Source: a virus | Taxonomy: Duplodnaviria; Heunggongvirae; Uroviricota; Caudoviricetes | Strand: one strand, 5' to 3' | IMG/VR virus record: IMGVR_UViG_2693429700_000006 | DNA: 11,769 nucleotides | In this document: in pieces, positions 1-7,627 of the stretch | Numbering within the stretch: the stretch's first letter is position 1 | How the letters are laid out: every line of letters begins with the position of its first letter | The notes under the pieces: generated by a model | The model's database searches: none | Told to the model about the DNA's origin: nothing | Seen by the model: the letters and a program-made list of their open reading frames with translations, nothing else | Position numbers and translations under genes: made by a program

Positions 1-124
1 GGGAAGGCTGGGCCATACTCCTCCGGCAGAAGCAGAAAAAGCTTATTATGCTTCCATCGGAAACGATGATCTGGCAGCCTGAGTTCACAGATAAAACACT
101 CTCCAGGAAACCCGGGGCGGTTCA
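1..124 (+). mobile_element. Right terminus of an IS3-family insertion sequence (IS629-like): 3' end of the orfB transposase reading frame (2..82, ...AEAEKAYYASIGNDDLAA-stop) plus terminal inverted repeat ending ...CCAGGAAACCCGGGGCGGTTCA at 124
   Basis: Reverse complement of 99..124 (TGAACCGCCCCGGGTTTCCTGGAGAG) is a near-identical inverted copy of 11637..11662 (TGAACCGCCCCGGAAATCCTGGAGAC). TGA...TCA termini are typical of the IS3 family. The plus-strand frame ending at 80..82 reads like a transposase C-terminus. The element extends beyond the window start. Confidence 0.75.
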
Positions 125-543
125 GGTTTTGGCGTGTATTCTGGAACAGGTTTCCCTTTTTTTCTGCATGCTTCTGCCCTGAGTCTCCAGTTTTCCTCAT
201 GACGCCGGTTCGTCATTTTCTGCATTGCTGAATAAATTTTTGATTCAGTAATGTCTCTTAGTTGCATTCCTGCGAAATGTTGAAGCCAGAATCCGATCCG
301 GCTTTTGTCATCGTCCAGTGATTTTTTATGTGCTTTCTCTTCAAGCCACCTGACACACGCTTCCTCGAACGTTATATCAGGTATTTCACCAAGTTTGCTG
401 ACCCGCCATGCTTCAGCCTTTAGCTTGTCATGGAGTTCTGTCGCCTGCCTTTTGTCCTTTGTTCCAAGAGACTGTTTAAATCTTTTACCGTTCGGCAATG
501 TGAAACTGGCGTACCATATTTCACCTCTGCGGAAGAGTGACAT
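85..543 (-). pseudogene. Tyrosine recombinase (phage integrase) N-terminal fragment, truncated by the IS insertion at 124/125; only about 139 native codons remain and the last 13 codons plus stop are IS-derived
   Basis: N-terminus [34 protein letters not shown]... resembles the N-terminal arm-binding domain of Rac-type lambdoid integrases, which are normally about 400 aa. The reading frame runs into the IS terminal repeat and stops at 85..87. The xis-int overlap arrangement is conserved. Confidence 0.8.
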
Positions 544-770
544 TTTCTTTCCTCTGTTATGCCATCACCCGCGCTCACCTGGACAGTATGCAGCGGAGAC
601 TGAAGAGCCGCAATGCAGGCTTGTCGTGTTGTGAGGTAAGGAGATTTATTCTTAGTGGGATCTTTGCGTGTTGCCTGAAGACGCCCTGTGCGTATCCAGT
701 TAATGGCAGTCGGTCTGGATATCTTGAGAAAATGACAGGCCTCATCGAGAGTGAGGCTGTATGGCTCCAT
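420..770 (-). CDS. Excisionase / recombination directionality factor (HTH_17-like DNA-binding protein), 116 aa from the internal Met ([31 protein letters not shown]...)
   Basis: The HTH motif is typical of Xis/AlpA-type excisionases. The ATG at 768..770 overlaps the TAA of the upstream gene as TAATG, and AAGAGGTG lies 6 nt upstream. The 3' end overlaps the int start as in lambda xis-int. The longer ORF starting at 854 is rejected. Confidence 0.7.
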   Translation of the reverse strand: MEPYSLTLDEACHFLKISRPTAINWIRTGRLQATRKDPTKNKSPYLTTRQACIAALQSPLHTVQVSAGDGITEERKCHSSAEVKYGTPVSHCRTVKDLNSLLEQRTKGRRQNSMTS

Positions 771-1075
771 TATTTCACCTCTTGCTGTGACATTGTTGAA
801 AAATGGATACCAGCTCGTTGCTGCCAGACGATCCAACCGAGAGTCATATCCCATGCCATGTATTCGTTATCGCCGTTTTTTGCTCTCCGACGATCTACTA
901 AGTCACCGAAACGCTTTTCCATGAATAATTCATAAGCTTCGCGTTCATCTGGTTCTACTTCCAGAGATAGGAGTGCGATTTCATAAGCACGGCGCTCAAT
1001 ATCGTCTCGCACGTCAAGGCTGCTGATACGCTCTTTAATTTCTTTAATCAGTTCTTTGTCGGTAAAAGTGGTCAT
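770..1075 (-). CDS. yfdT: Small acidic hypothetical phage protein, 101 aa (YfdT-like)
   Basis: Intact ORF, translationally coupled to neighbours by TAATG overlaps at both ends. Size and position in the P-Q-R-S-T order match the CPS-53 yfdPQRST cluster of E. coli K-12 as recalled (101 aa). Confidence 0.55.
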   Translation of the reverse strand: MTTFTDKELIKEIKERISSLDVRDDIERRAYEIALLSLEVEPDEREAYELFMEKRFGDLVDRRRAKNGDNEYMAWDMTLGWIVWQQRAGIHFSTMSQQEVK

Positions 1076-1437
1076 TATGCTCCAGCCTCCGGTGCTTTTG
1101 GCATTACTGCCCAGTGAGTGATATTGACGTTTTCAAGGTCCCCAACCTGAAATGTCCACTGCCATTCTCCGGTTTCTTTTTGTCCCCAGGTGTACCAGAG
1201 AGAACGCCAACCAATTAGCCAGCCTTCTCCGTTAGCATCGAATAACAAAACACTTTCATTTGCTGGTGGCAGTTCAGTTGACACTGGTATTACTTTGTTT
1301 TCCTGTGCTGCACATTTAGCTTCAAGCGCATCGAATTTACGCACCAGGTATTCAGCATCTGTTTCATTTACTTTCAGATCTCGCGGTACACATCTCCCAC
1401 GAAGAAACCCTTCCATTTCGAAAACATTCATGCGCAT
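1075..1437 (-). CDS. yfdS: Hypothetical phage protein, 120 aa, Trp-rich C-terminal half (YfdS-like, possibly DUF551)
   Basis: Intact ORF with its start overlapping the stop of the upstream HD-domain gene. Length and order match K-12 YfdS (120 aa) as recalled. Confidence 0.55.
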   Translation of the reverse strand: MRMNVFEMEGFLRGRCVPRDLKVNETDAEYLVRKFDALEAKCAAQENKVIPVSTELPPANESVLLFDANGEGWLIGWRSLWYTWGQKETGEWQWTFQVGDLENVNITHWAVMPKAPEAGA

Positions 1438-1964
1438 TTGCGTAACTCCGATAACTCGTTAAAGCGTTCCATAAACATCCCGTAGGCATGGCCCGGTGCC
1501 AGTGGAATCACGTTGAACATCTCTGTTGCCGGGATACCTTCCAGTACAGGCCAGAAAGAGCCATCATCAAGCCCGAGATCGCGGCGTTCGGTTGCCAGCA
1601 TGATGAGATCGGCATATTTCACGGGCGTACTCATAACTGGGGGTAACCCGTATTTCTCACGGATTACGGCGTCTATTTTTTCTTCCATTTGTTTATAGTC
1701 AGGAAGAAGGCGTTTCAGTGGTGCGGGAATGTCCTGGCAATACGCTTCTGTTGCATCATGCATTAACGCTTCAAAAGCAAATTCCTGCGGCACCAACTGG
1801 CTGCAAAGAACCGCATGTTGGGCGACGCTGTAGAAGTGCGAAAGATGACCGGCAAAGCGACAGATATTTGAAAGGGAAACCGCGATATCGTTAATATCGA
1901 TGTCGTCTTTATTTATCCTGTCATAATAAAAATGCTTCCCGGAAAAAGTTTTAATAAATGACAT
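1428..1964 (-). CDS. yfdR: HD-domain metal-dependent phosphohydrolase (YfbR-like 5'-deoxynucleotidase fold), 178 aa from the ATG at 1962..1964
   Basis: H...HD signature (FAGHLSHFYSVAQHAV ... LMHDATEAY). GGAG lies 7 nt upstream of the internal ATG, giving 178 aa, the recalled length of K-12 YfdR. The ORF-track GTG start at 1991 is less likely. Confidence 0.7.
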   Translation of the reverse strand: MSFIKTFSGKHFYYDRINKDDIDINDIAVSLSNICRFAGHLSHFYSVAQHAVLCSQLVPQEFAFEALMHDATEAYCQDIPAPLKRLLPDYKQMEEKIDAVIREKYGLPPVMSTPVKYADLIMLATERRDLGLDDGSFWPVLEGIPATEMFNVIPLAPGHAYGMFMERFNELSELRKCA

Positions 1965-2091
1965 TTTGTTCTCCACGTATATGCGCTGCACCGCGCTGAA
2001 TTTTGGTTAAAGAAAACCCTCGCCATCAGGCGATTATTGAGTTAATTACGTTTCTATAAATGCCCCCGCAGGGGCATTTGCAGTAATGAAA

Positions 2092-2916
2092 TCAGGCGGT
2101 GAAAGTACCAATAAAGGTTTCTACTTTGCTGTCTTTGAATTTTTCAACAAGCAGATTACGAAATTCGTTAGCCATTTCTTCCTGTACTGCTTCCAGCTGA
2201 ATAATGCGCAGAACCAGTACAGGGCGATCACCAGTGATAATGCTGAGGCGTAATTTAAACGGACGTTCTTTCAGGCCTTCAAACGGAACGCATTTAAACT
2301 CAAATGCTACTGGCATAATGTCTTTAGTTTTCGCTTCGACAGACTCCATCAGAGAGCGTTTGCCGCTGAAGTCATTGTCTTCAAAATCAGCGGTCTGGTT
2401 TGCTTCAATCGTGATTTTACGGACCGCCGCAGCCGCTTTTGTTGCCTGAATGGCGTCACCATTAGCATCAAAGCCCACAAGGTAGTCGGCCCAGTCTTCA
2501 ATCCATTCTGCCAGTGACTTCTGGGAGTTACGCTCGCCGTTAACAGACAACAGGGCAGAGAACGGTGCTGTCTTTTTCAGTTTGAGAGTGGCGGTGTTAT
2601 CTGCGTGACCTGGTTCATCAATAGTACCCAGGTTAAGCACACTGACGGCTCGCATATTATCAGCATCGATAAAGCAGCGGGTGCTTTCATCTGCAAGATC
2701 TTTAGAATAACGGGTAAAGTCATCGATGCTGGCAGTGGAAAGCGCACCACGGAAACGGAAGCGATTTAAATTAAATTTTTCCAGATCATGAATGCGGAAA
2801 TTCTCAGGCAATGCCACAGCATCGGCACCAATCTTACTGATAATTTCATTAACACCCTGAGCAGAAATAAGGGCATGGATTTGATTAATTTCGGTTGCGT
2901 CTAAGTTCTGAGACAT
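2092..2916 (-). CDS. yfdQ: YfdQ-like protein (DUF2303 family), 274 aa
   Basis: Intact 274-aa ORF with GAGGA 5-6 nt upstream of the ATG. Length and position match K-12 CPS-53 YfdQ as recalled. No catalytic motif recognised. Confidence 0.65.
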   Translation of the reverse strand: MSQNLDATEINQIHALISAQGVNEIISKIGADAVALPENFRIHDLEKFNLNRFRFRGALSTASIDDFTRYSKDLADESTRCFIDADNMRAVSVLNLGTIDEPGHADNTATLKLKKTAPFSALLSVNGERNSQKSLAEWIEDWADYLVGFDANGDAIQATKAAAAVRKITIEANQTADFEDNDFSGKRSLMESVEAKTKDIMPVAFEFKCVPFEGLKERPFKLRLSIITGDRPVLVLRIIQLEAVQEEMANEFRNLLVEKFKDSKVETFIGTFTA

Positions 2917-2981
2917 AATAAGTCCTCACTATATAAAGATATTCAGTGATGAGATAAATAATCAGTTAATTAAGAACGATA

Positions 2982-3344
2982 TTAATGACCTGCTGCGCGG
3001 AGTTTTCCGTCAGGCTCACCGGCAAGAGTCAGTAATTGTCCCTGGTCTTCCTGCAGAATAGTCAGGCGACCACCGCGATTGACATACATCGGTGTTTCGG
3101 TGGTGTCTTCTTCGGAAATTTTCCCGCGGTTAGTCGGGCGAACATATGAGAGTTTGTGTTTGATTTTCACACGGTTCTCATCAAATGGTTCGATTTCCAG
3201 GTTGAGCGAGACCTTACCTTTGGTTTTCGTGTTCATCACACCGGAAGCGACTTCACTGAGAACTGCGCCGATTTTGGTTTCAAATACGCCGCCGTCCAGC
3301 TCCCCGATAAATGCCTGCACATCAGTACTGCGTTCGCTAGCCAT
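2982..3344 (-). CDS. yfdP: YfdP-like hypothetical protein, 120 aa from the internal ATG (MASERSTDVQAFIGELDGG...)
   Basis: GAGGAG lies 8 nt upstream of the ATG at 3342..3344, giving 120 aa, the recalled K-12 YfdP length. The frame stays open upstream to 3530 but that extension has no RBS and overlaps structured leader sequence. Confidence 0.55.
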   Translation of the reverse strand: MASERSTDVQAFIGELDGGVFETKIGAVLSEVASGVMNTKTKGKVSLNLEIEPFDENRVKIKHKLSYVRPTNRGKISEEDTTETPMYVNRGGRLTILQEDQGQLLTLAGEPDGKLRAAGH

Positions 3345-3965
3345 TTTGCTGCTCCTCATCATATCGACCCTGCAAGGTCGGTTAGTTTCTCCACAAAACA
3401 GAGAAGAACACCTGCGGTGGCAGCCGCCCGGATGGATTGGGTTATGAGCCCGTCGTCCGGTGATGCTCTTCTCTGTTTTGTAAAAAGAGCGGTACCAGCC
3501 GGAAGCAAGTGTACAAACTGGTACCGCCAAAGCAGTGGCTGTTGTGGTGACCGGTGCTGATCTCCGGCTTGCGGTTATTTCAGACTCTCACGGGCGTTTA
3601 ATTGCCCCGCCGAACAGCTCTTTTCCGCAATAGCTGCAATGTCTTTCGCGCATCAGTCTGCGCATTCACCACAACGCTGAGAGCACTTAGCCAGTTACGG
3701 CACCACACTTTGTCGCGGTTCCATAAATGCCCTCATCGTTGCACCCTGGTCTCTTCCCAGGCGTCAAACCGAATCGCCACGCTGGTTAGGCGTCTTATCA
3801 GCATCATCATTGACTTGCACATTCCGGCTACCTGGTTTGTTTGCTCGAGCAAGGAGTGGATTGTCCCCTTTAACGTCACCAGACCGCTAACGACGCATGT
3901 GCCATACGCCGTGTTACAACCAAATTTTGTTTTAATCTTGCCTGTGTTATGTTTCTTTTAGATAC

Positions 3966-3993
3966 ATTGTGTGTCTCATGGATACATTGTCAA
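3966..3993 (-). promoter_or_regulatory. Candidate leftward early promoter (pL-like): -35 TTGACA (plus 3988..3993), 16-nt spacer, -10 CACAAT (plus 3966..3971), overlapped by two 10-bp direct repeats GATACATTGT (3961..3970 and 3981..3990)
   Basis: Read directly from the minus strand: TTGACAATGTATCcatgagacacACAATGTATC. It sits immediately downstream of the repressor terminator and upstream of the leftward operon. Confidence 0.4.
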
Positions 3994-4020
3994 GTATAAA
4001 AAAACCTGCCGAAGCAGGTT
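3994..4020 (-). terminator. Rho-independent terminator of the repressor gene
   Basis: Minus strand reads AACCTGC-ttcg-GCAGGTT followed by TTTTTTT, starting 13 nt after the repressor TAA stop. Confidence 0.6.
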
Positions 4021-4032
4021 CATAAATATTGA

Positions 4033-4707
4033 TTAGGCCTTTATTGTGTATCTTCTTGGTTTTCCCGAGAAAATCACTGTACCAATTATAGAGCAATTAC
4101 CGTTAATCTTAATGTAAGGCTCAGGCCAGTTTGGGTTTAATGCTTTGAGATAACGCTGTGTTCCATCTTCTATCAATCGCTTGAAGGTGGTTTCGCCTGT
4201 ATCGTGCATCAATGCAATAACGTCGTCACCGTGGCAGGCAGGGACTTCGGGATCAACAAAAATCATGTCTCCAGGGCGGTACTCATCAATCATTGAATCA
4301 CCAATCACCCGCAAGATATAAGTCATTTCGCCACAGGGTACAGGGCAGGGATACGTTTCTGCTGTGCTCAAATCAACCTCAGAATAGCCAACTTCTTTCC
4401 ATGCTCCGGCCTGTACCCATGATATGACAGGGACTAACGTTATTTGTTTGTTAGTGATTGAAACATCAGGTTTTTTTGTGATGTTCGTTGTCTGGTGTTC
4501 TTGATCAAGCCATCCGACAGGCAGGTCGAAACATTTTTCGATGTGCCGTGCCATGCTGTCACCGATATTTTTAGTAGCGCCATCCCCCATAAACCTGCTG
4601 GTCTGGGTTGGCTCGCGATCAATCATGGTGGCAAAGGATGAATTTCCGCCAACACCATCTCTCAGTTTTCTGGCGTTAGACCGCCGGATGTCATGGATTG
4701 TTTTCAT
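4033..4707 (-). CDS. CI-like prophage repressor, LexA/S24 peptidase family (N-terminal HTH, C-terminal autocleavage domain), 224 aa
   Basis: C-terminal S24 signature with catalytic Ser in VIGDSMIDEY and a downstream Lys (TFKRL). Divergent from a Cro-like gene with operator palindromes between them. There is no good SD, consistent with a leaderless pRM-type transcript. Confidence 0.85.
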   Translation of the reverse strand: MKTIHDIRRSNARKLRDGVGGNSSFATMIDREPTQTSRFMGDGATKNIGDSMARHIEKCFDLPVGWLDQEHQTTNITKKPDVSITNKQITLVPVISWVQAGAWKEVGYSEVDLSTAETYPCPVPCGEMTYILRVIGDSMIDEYRPGDMIFVDPEVPACHGDDVIALMHDTGETTFKRLIEDGTQRYLKALNPNWPEPYIKINGNCSIIGTVIFSGKPRRYTIKA

Positions 4708-4723
4708 AACGAAATTAAAACCT

Positions 4724-4742
4724 TTGTACCGATAAGGTACAA
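4724..4742. promoter_or_regulatory. Operator-like palindrome TTGTACC-gataa-GGTACAA in the cI/cro intergenic region; a second TACC-gta-GGTA element lies at 4779..4789
   Basis: Perfect 7-bp inverted arms with a 5-bp spacer. The second site shares the half-sites but with a 3-bp spacer and overlaps the predicted pR start region. Confidence 0.5.
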
Positions 4743-4747
4743 GTATC

Positions 4748-4775
4748 TTGAGGGTTCATTTCAATCATGTAATAT
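4748..4775 (+). promoter_or_regulatory. Candidate pR-like promoter for the cro-like gene: -35 TTGAGG (4748..4753), 16-nt spacer, -10 TAATAT (4770..4775)
   Basis: Read from sequence; flanked by the two operator-like elements. Not unique, alternative hexamers exist. Confidence 0.35.
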
Positions 4776-4797
4776 GTATACCGTAGGTACATATTGT

Positions 4798-4998
4798 ATG
4801 AAAGCGTACTGGGACTCTTTAACCAAAGAACAGCAGGGCGAGTTGGCCGGAAAAGTTGGCTCAACACCTGGCTACTTACGGCTGGTTTTCAATGGTTATA
4901 AAAAAGCCAGTTTTGTGCTGGCTAAAAAACTTGAGCAATGCACGTCAGGTGCAATTACGAAATCTGACTTAAGACCGGATATCTATCCGAAAGATTAA
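4798..4998 (+). CDS. Cro-like HTH regulator (YdaS-like), 66 aa (MKAYWDSLTKEQQGELAGKVGSTPGYLRLVFNGYKK...)
   Basis: Small HTH protein divergent from the repressor, with about 90 bp of operator-containing spacer. C-terminus ...RPDIYP resembles the YdaS/Cro-like family as recalled. The ORF-track start at 4693 would overlap the repressor start and the promoter, so it is rejected. Confidence 0.7.
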   Translation: MKAYWDSLTKEQQGELAGKVGSTPGYLRLVFNGYKKASFVLAKKLEQCTSGAITKSDLRPDIYPKD

Positions 4999-5029
4999 CA
5001 GAACACCTTCAATTTTTAACCACAGAACG

Positions 5030-5593
5030 ATGAGGCTAACCGTGGGTAAGCATCACTGGAAAGTAGAAAAACAGCCTGAGTGGTACGTGAAAGCTGTCAG
5101 AAAAACTATCGCAGCGTTGCCGGGTGGTTACGCTGAAGCAGCTGACTGGCTGGATGTAACAGAGAACGCATTATTTAACCGCCTTCGTGCCTATGGCGAT
5201 CAGATTTTCCCGCTGGGATGGGCAATGGTTTTACAGCGCGCGGCTGGCACTCACTACATTGCGGATGCTGTCGCACAGTCTGCTGGTGGGGTGTTCGTAT
5301 CGCTTCCTGAAATTGAGGAAGTAGAGAACGCCGATATAAACCAGCGCCTGCTGGAAGTCATTGAACAGATCGGCAGTTATTCAAAACAGATTCGTTCAGC
5401 AATTGAAGACGGTGTAGTGGAACCGAATGAGAAGACAGCAATTAACGACGAGCTGTACCTCTCAATTTCGAAGCTGCAGGAGCATGCAGCACTGGTCTAC
5501 AAAATTTTTTGCATTTCAGAAAGTAATGACGCCCGCGAGTGTGCAGCTCCGGGCGCCGTGGCGTGTCGTGACTGTGGAGAAACTAACGCATGA
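5030..5593 (+). CDS. Putative CII-like / YdaT-like lysis-lysogeny regulator, 187 aa
   Basis: Placed immediately downstream of the cro-like gene as in cro-cII and ydaS-ydaT pairs. Family assignment is from context and weak recollection only. An alternative GTG start at 5042 with GAGG upstream is possible. Confidence 0.5.
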   Translation: MRLTVGKHHWKVEKQPEWYVKAVRKTIAALPGGYAEAADWLDVTENALFNRLRAYGDQIFPLGWAMVLQRAAGTHYIADAVAQSAGGVFVSLPEIEEVENADINQRLLEVIEQIGSYSKQIRSAIEDGVVEPNEKTAINDELYLSISKLQEHAALVYKIFCISESNDARECAAPGAVACRDCGETNA

Positions 5594-5768
5594 ACAGTTT
5601 AACAACACACTACCGTCGCTCGCAACTGATTGCGCTTCCTGTACCGGGTGGAAAAGCGAAGGTGGAGTATTGCTATGCAGTAAATGTACCAGGTGACAGG
5701 GAAATTGTAACCCACAGCTTTGCAGAGTGGGCTGTGGGTGATTTCAACCGGCAGAAGGAGACAGTCCT

Positions 5769-5948
5769 TTGCGACAAGTTAACCGCTGGTTCAAAGATCA
5801 CTACGGAGTGCCCGTCAGAGTCATTCGTTGGGAGCCGGAAACACAACGGGTTATCTACCTCCGCGAAGGCTATGAGCATGAGTGCTTCAGCCCGCTCGAA
5901 CAGTTTCGTCGTAAATTCAGGGAAGTAGAGGTCGGTCATGAGCACTAA
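5769..5948 (+). CDS. Small ORF (59 aa, TTG start) hidden below the 60-aa ORF-track cutoff; alternatively the C-terminal half of a frameshifted gene starting at 5590
   Basis: AGGAG at 5755..5759 lies 9 nt before the TTG. The translation looks protein-like ([59 protein letters not shown]). Its stop overlaps the start of the next gene as ATGAGCACTAA. Confidence 0.35.
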   Translation: MRQVNRWFKDHYGVPVRVIRWEPETQRVIYLREGYEHECFSPLEQFRRKFREVEVGHEH

Positions 5949-6276
5949 ATTAACCGGCTATGTATGGGATGGTTGCGCTGCATCAGGCATGAAATTATCC
6001 AGCGTGGCAATTATGGCCCGCCTGGCTGATTTCAGTAATGACGAAGGTGTGTGCTGGCCATCAATTGAAACCATTGCCCGTCAGATTGGCGCGGGGATGA
6101 GTACCGTCAGAACGGCTATCGCACGGCTGGAAGCAGAAGGCTGGTTAACGCGTAAGGCGCGTCGCCAGGGTAACCGCAATGCGTCGAATGTTTATCAGCT
6201 TAACGTTGCGAAGCTTCAGGCAGCGGCATTTTTTCAACTGTCAGATTCTGACCCGTCAAAATTTCTTACCTGCTGA
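5938..6276 (+). CDS. Winged-helix (HTH_36-type) DNA-binding protein resembling the N-terminal domain of phage replication initiators, 112 aa; probably truncated
   Basis: Signature ...WPSIETIARQIGAGMSTVRTAIARLEAEGWL... is typical of the HTH_36 family. Only 112 aa, followed by a 290 bp region with no intact ORF. Confidence 0.6.
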   Translation: MSTKLTGYVWDGCAASGMKLSSVAIMARLADFSNDEGVCWPSIETIARQIGAGMSTVRTAIARLEAEGWLTRKARRQGNRNASNVYQLNVAKLQAAAFFQLSDSDPSKFLTC

Positions 6277-6568
6277 CAAGTGGGTAACGCCACGCATGAT
6301 GACGAGAACTACCGGAGTAAGCGAAGCCAGGTGCCAGTTAATACTGACTCAGTTAGTTCTGGCGGGTCTGGCGAAGGATAACGGCGGGTACGGGAATAAA
6401 TTCAGACGCTGCCAGTAATGGCGGTTTCCTGCTGTGAAAATGGGCGGCTGGTGGGTGTTGGTAGCACCTGCCAGCCATTCGCTCATGCTTACTGGTCACA
6501 AGCGAACCACGGCCCACTGCTTTAGCGCAAAAGCAGAGTGAGCCTACCAGAGTTACGCTTACTGATCC

Positions 6569-7621
6569 ATGAAAAATACTGTAAAAATAAACAGTATTGA
6601 TTTAATCAACGCTGATTGCCTGCATTTTATTCAGTCCCTGCCTGATGATTCCATTGACCTGATTGTTACCGATCCGCCTTACTTCAAGGTGAAACCTAAC
6701 GGTTGGGACAATCAGTGGAAAGGGGACGAAGATTACCTTAAGTGGCTGGACCACTGTCTGGCCCAGTTCTGGCGGGTGTTAAAACCTGCCGGAAGCCTTT
6801 ACCTGTTCTGTGGGCATCGCCTGGCATCTGATATTGAGATCATGATGCGTGAACGTTTCAACGTGCTTAACCATATCATCTGGGCGAAGCCGTCCGGACG
6901 TTGGAATGGGTGTAATAAAGAAAGTCTGCGCGCATATTTTCCTGCCACAGAGCGCGTTCTGTTTGCTGAACATTACCAGGGGCCATATCGCGGCAAAAGT
7001 GACGGCTATGCAGCAAAAGAAAGGGAACTCAAACAGCACATAATGGCACCGCTGATATCGTATTTCAGGGATGCTCGTGCCGAACTGGGTATAACGGCAA
7101 AACAAATTGCCGAAGCCACAGGTAAGAAAAATATGGTTTCCCACTGGTTTGGTGCCAGTCAGTGGCAGTTGCCGAATGAGGCTGACTATCGGAAGTTACA
7201 GGCACTGTTTTCCCGTATAGCGGCAGAGAAGTTTCAGGAACAACAACTGGAACAACCACACCACCAGCTGGTGGCATCTTATGATTCACTGAATCGCAAA
7301 TATTCTGAATTGCTGGATGAGTTTAAATCTCTCCGGCGCTATTTCTCCGTATCAGTCTCCGTGCCTTATACCGATGTCTGGATGCATAAACCCGTTCAGT
7401 TCTACCCGGGTAAACATCCGTGTGAGAAACCGGCGGATATGCTCAGGCAAATAATCAATGCCAGTAGTCGACCTGGTGATCTGGTTGCTGATTTTTTTAT
7501 GGGATCCGGTTCCACAATAAAAGCAGCAATGGCGCTGGGGCGTCGGGCCTTAGGTGTTGAGCTTGAGTCAGAGCGGTTTAACCAGACAGTGAAAGAGATA
7601 AACGAGCTGGTGGGGAAATAA
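6569..7621 (+). CDS. Orphan DNA N6-adenine (or N4-cytosine) methyltransferase, beta class, 350 aa
   Basis: Motif IV DPPY at residues 35..38 (IVTDPPYF) and motif I FxGxG near the C-terminus (DFFMGSGST). This IV-then-I order defines the beta class. No restriction endonuclease gene is adjacent. Confidence 0.85.
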   Translation: MKNTVKINSIDLINADCLHFIQSLPDDSIDLIVTDPPYFKVKPNGWDNQWKGDEDYLKWLDHCLAQFWRVLKPAGSLYLFCGHRLASDIEIMMRERFNVLNHIIWAKPSGRWNGCNKESLRAYFPATERVLFAEHYQGPYRGKSDGYAAKERELKQHIMAPLISYFRDARAELGITAKQIAEATGKKNMVSHWFGASQWQLPNEADYRKLQALFSRIAAEKFQEQQLEQPHHQLVASYDSLNRKYSELLDEFKSLRRYFSVSVSVPYTDVWMHKPVQFYPGKHPCEKPADMLRQIINASSRPGDLVADFFMGSGSTIKAAMALGRRALGVELESERFNQTVKEINELVGK

Positions 7622-7627
7622 TCTGGT

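Noticed and set aside
420-854. Longer 144-aa version of the excisionase ORF starting at 854
   Set aside because: The upstream 28 codons overlap the 3' end of the yfdT-like gene in another frame. The internal ATG at 768..770 has a strong RBS and a TAATG coupling overlap.
305-935. Plus-strand ORFs 305..634 and 537..935
   Set aside because: Antisense to the integrase, excisionase and yfdT-like genes, with no RBS and low-complexity translations.
1190-1698. Plus-strand ORFs 1190..1462 and 1513..1698
   Set aside because: Antisense to the yfdS-like and yfdR-like genes; Ser/Arg-rich translations typical of an out-of-frame reverse strand.
2204-2449. Plus-strand ORF 2204..2449
   Set aside because: Lies entirely inside the yfdQ-like gene on the opposite strand.
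2982-3530. Long 182-aa version of the yfdP-like ORF, and plus-strand ORFs 3079..3447 and 3156..3560
   Set aside because: No RBS at the 3530 start, and the extension covers the structured leader. The internal ATG has GAGGAG and gives the expected 120 aa. The plus-strand ORFs are antisense overlaps.
3602-3961. Plus-strand 119-aa ORF in the pL leader
   Set aside because: Oriented against the only promoter found here, with no RBS and a Cys/Arg/Ser-rich composition. The region is more likely non-coding RNA leader.
4440-4735. ORFs 4440..4622 (minus) and 4541..4735 (plus) inside the repressor gene
   Set aside because: Out-of-frame or antisense overlaps of a well-supported S24 repressor CDS.
4693-4797. 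Upstream extension of the cro-like ORF (start at 4693 or 4774)
   Set aside because: It would overlap the repressor start codon and the operator/promoter elements. The ATG at 4798 fits the predicted pR geometry.
5427-5945. ORFs 5427..5696 (plus) and 5673..5945 (minus)
   Set aside because: The first overlaps the CII-like gene out of frame. The second is antisense between co-directional plus-strand genes and lacks an RBS.
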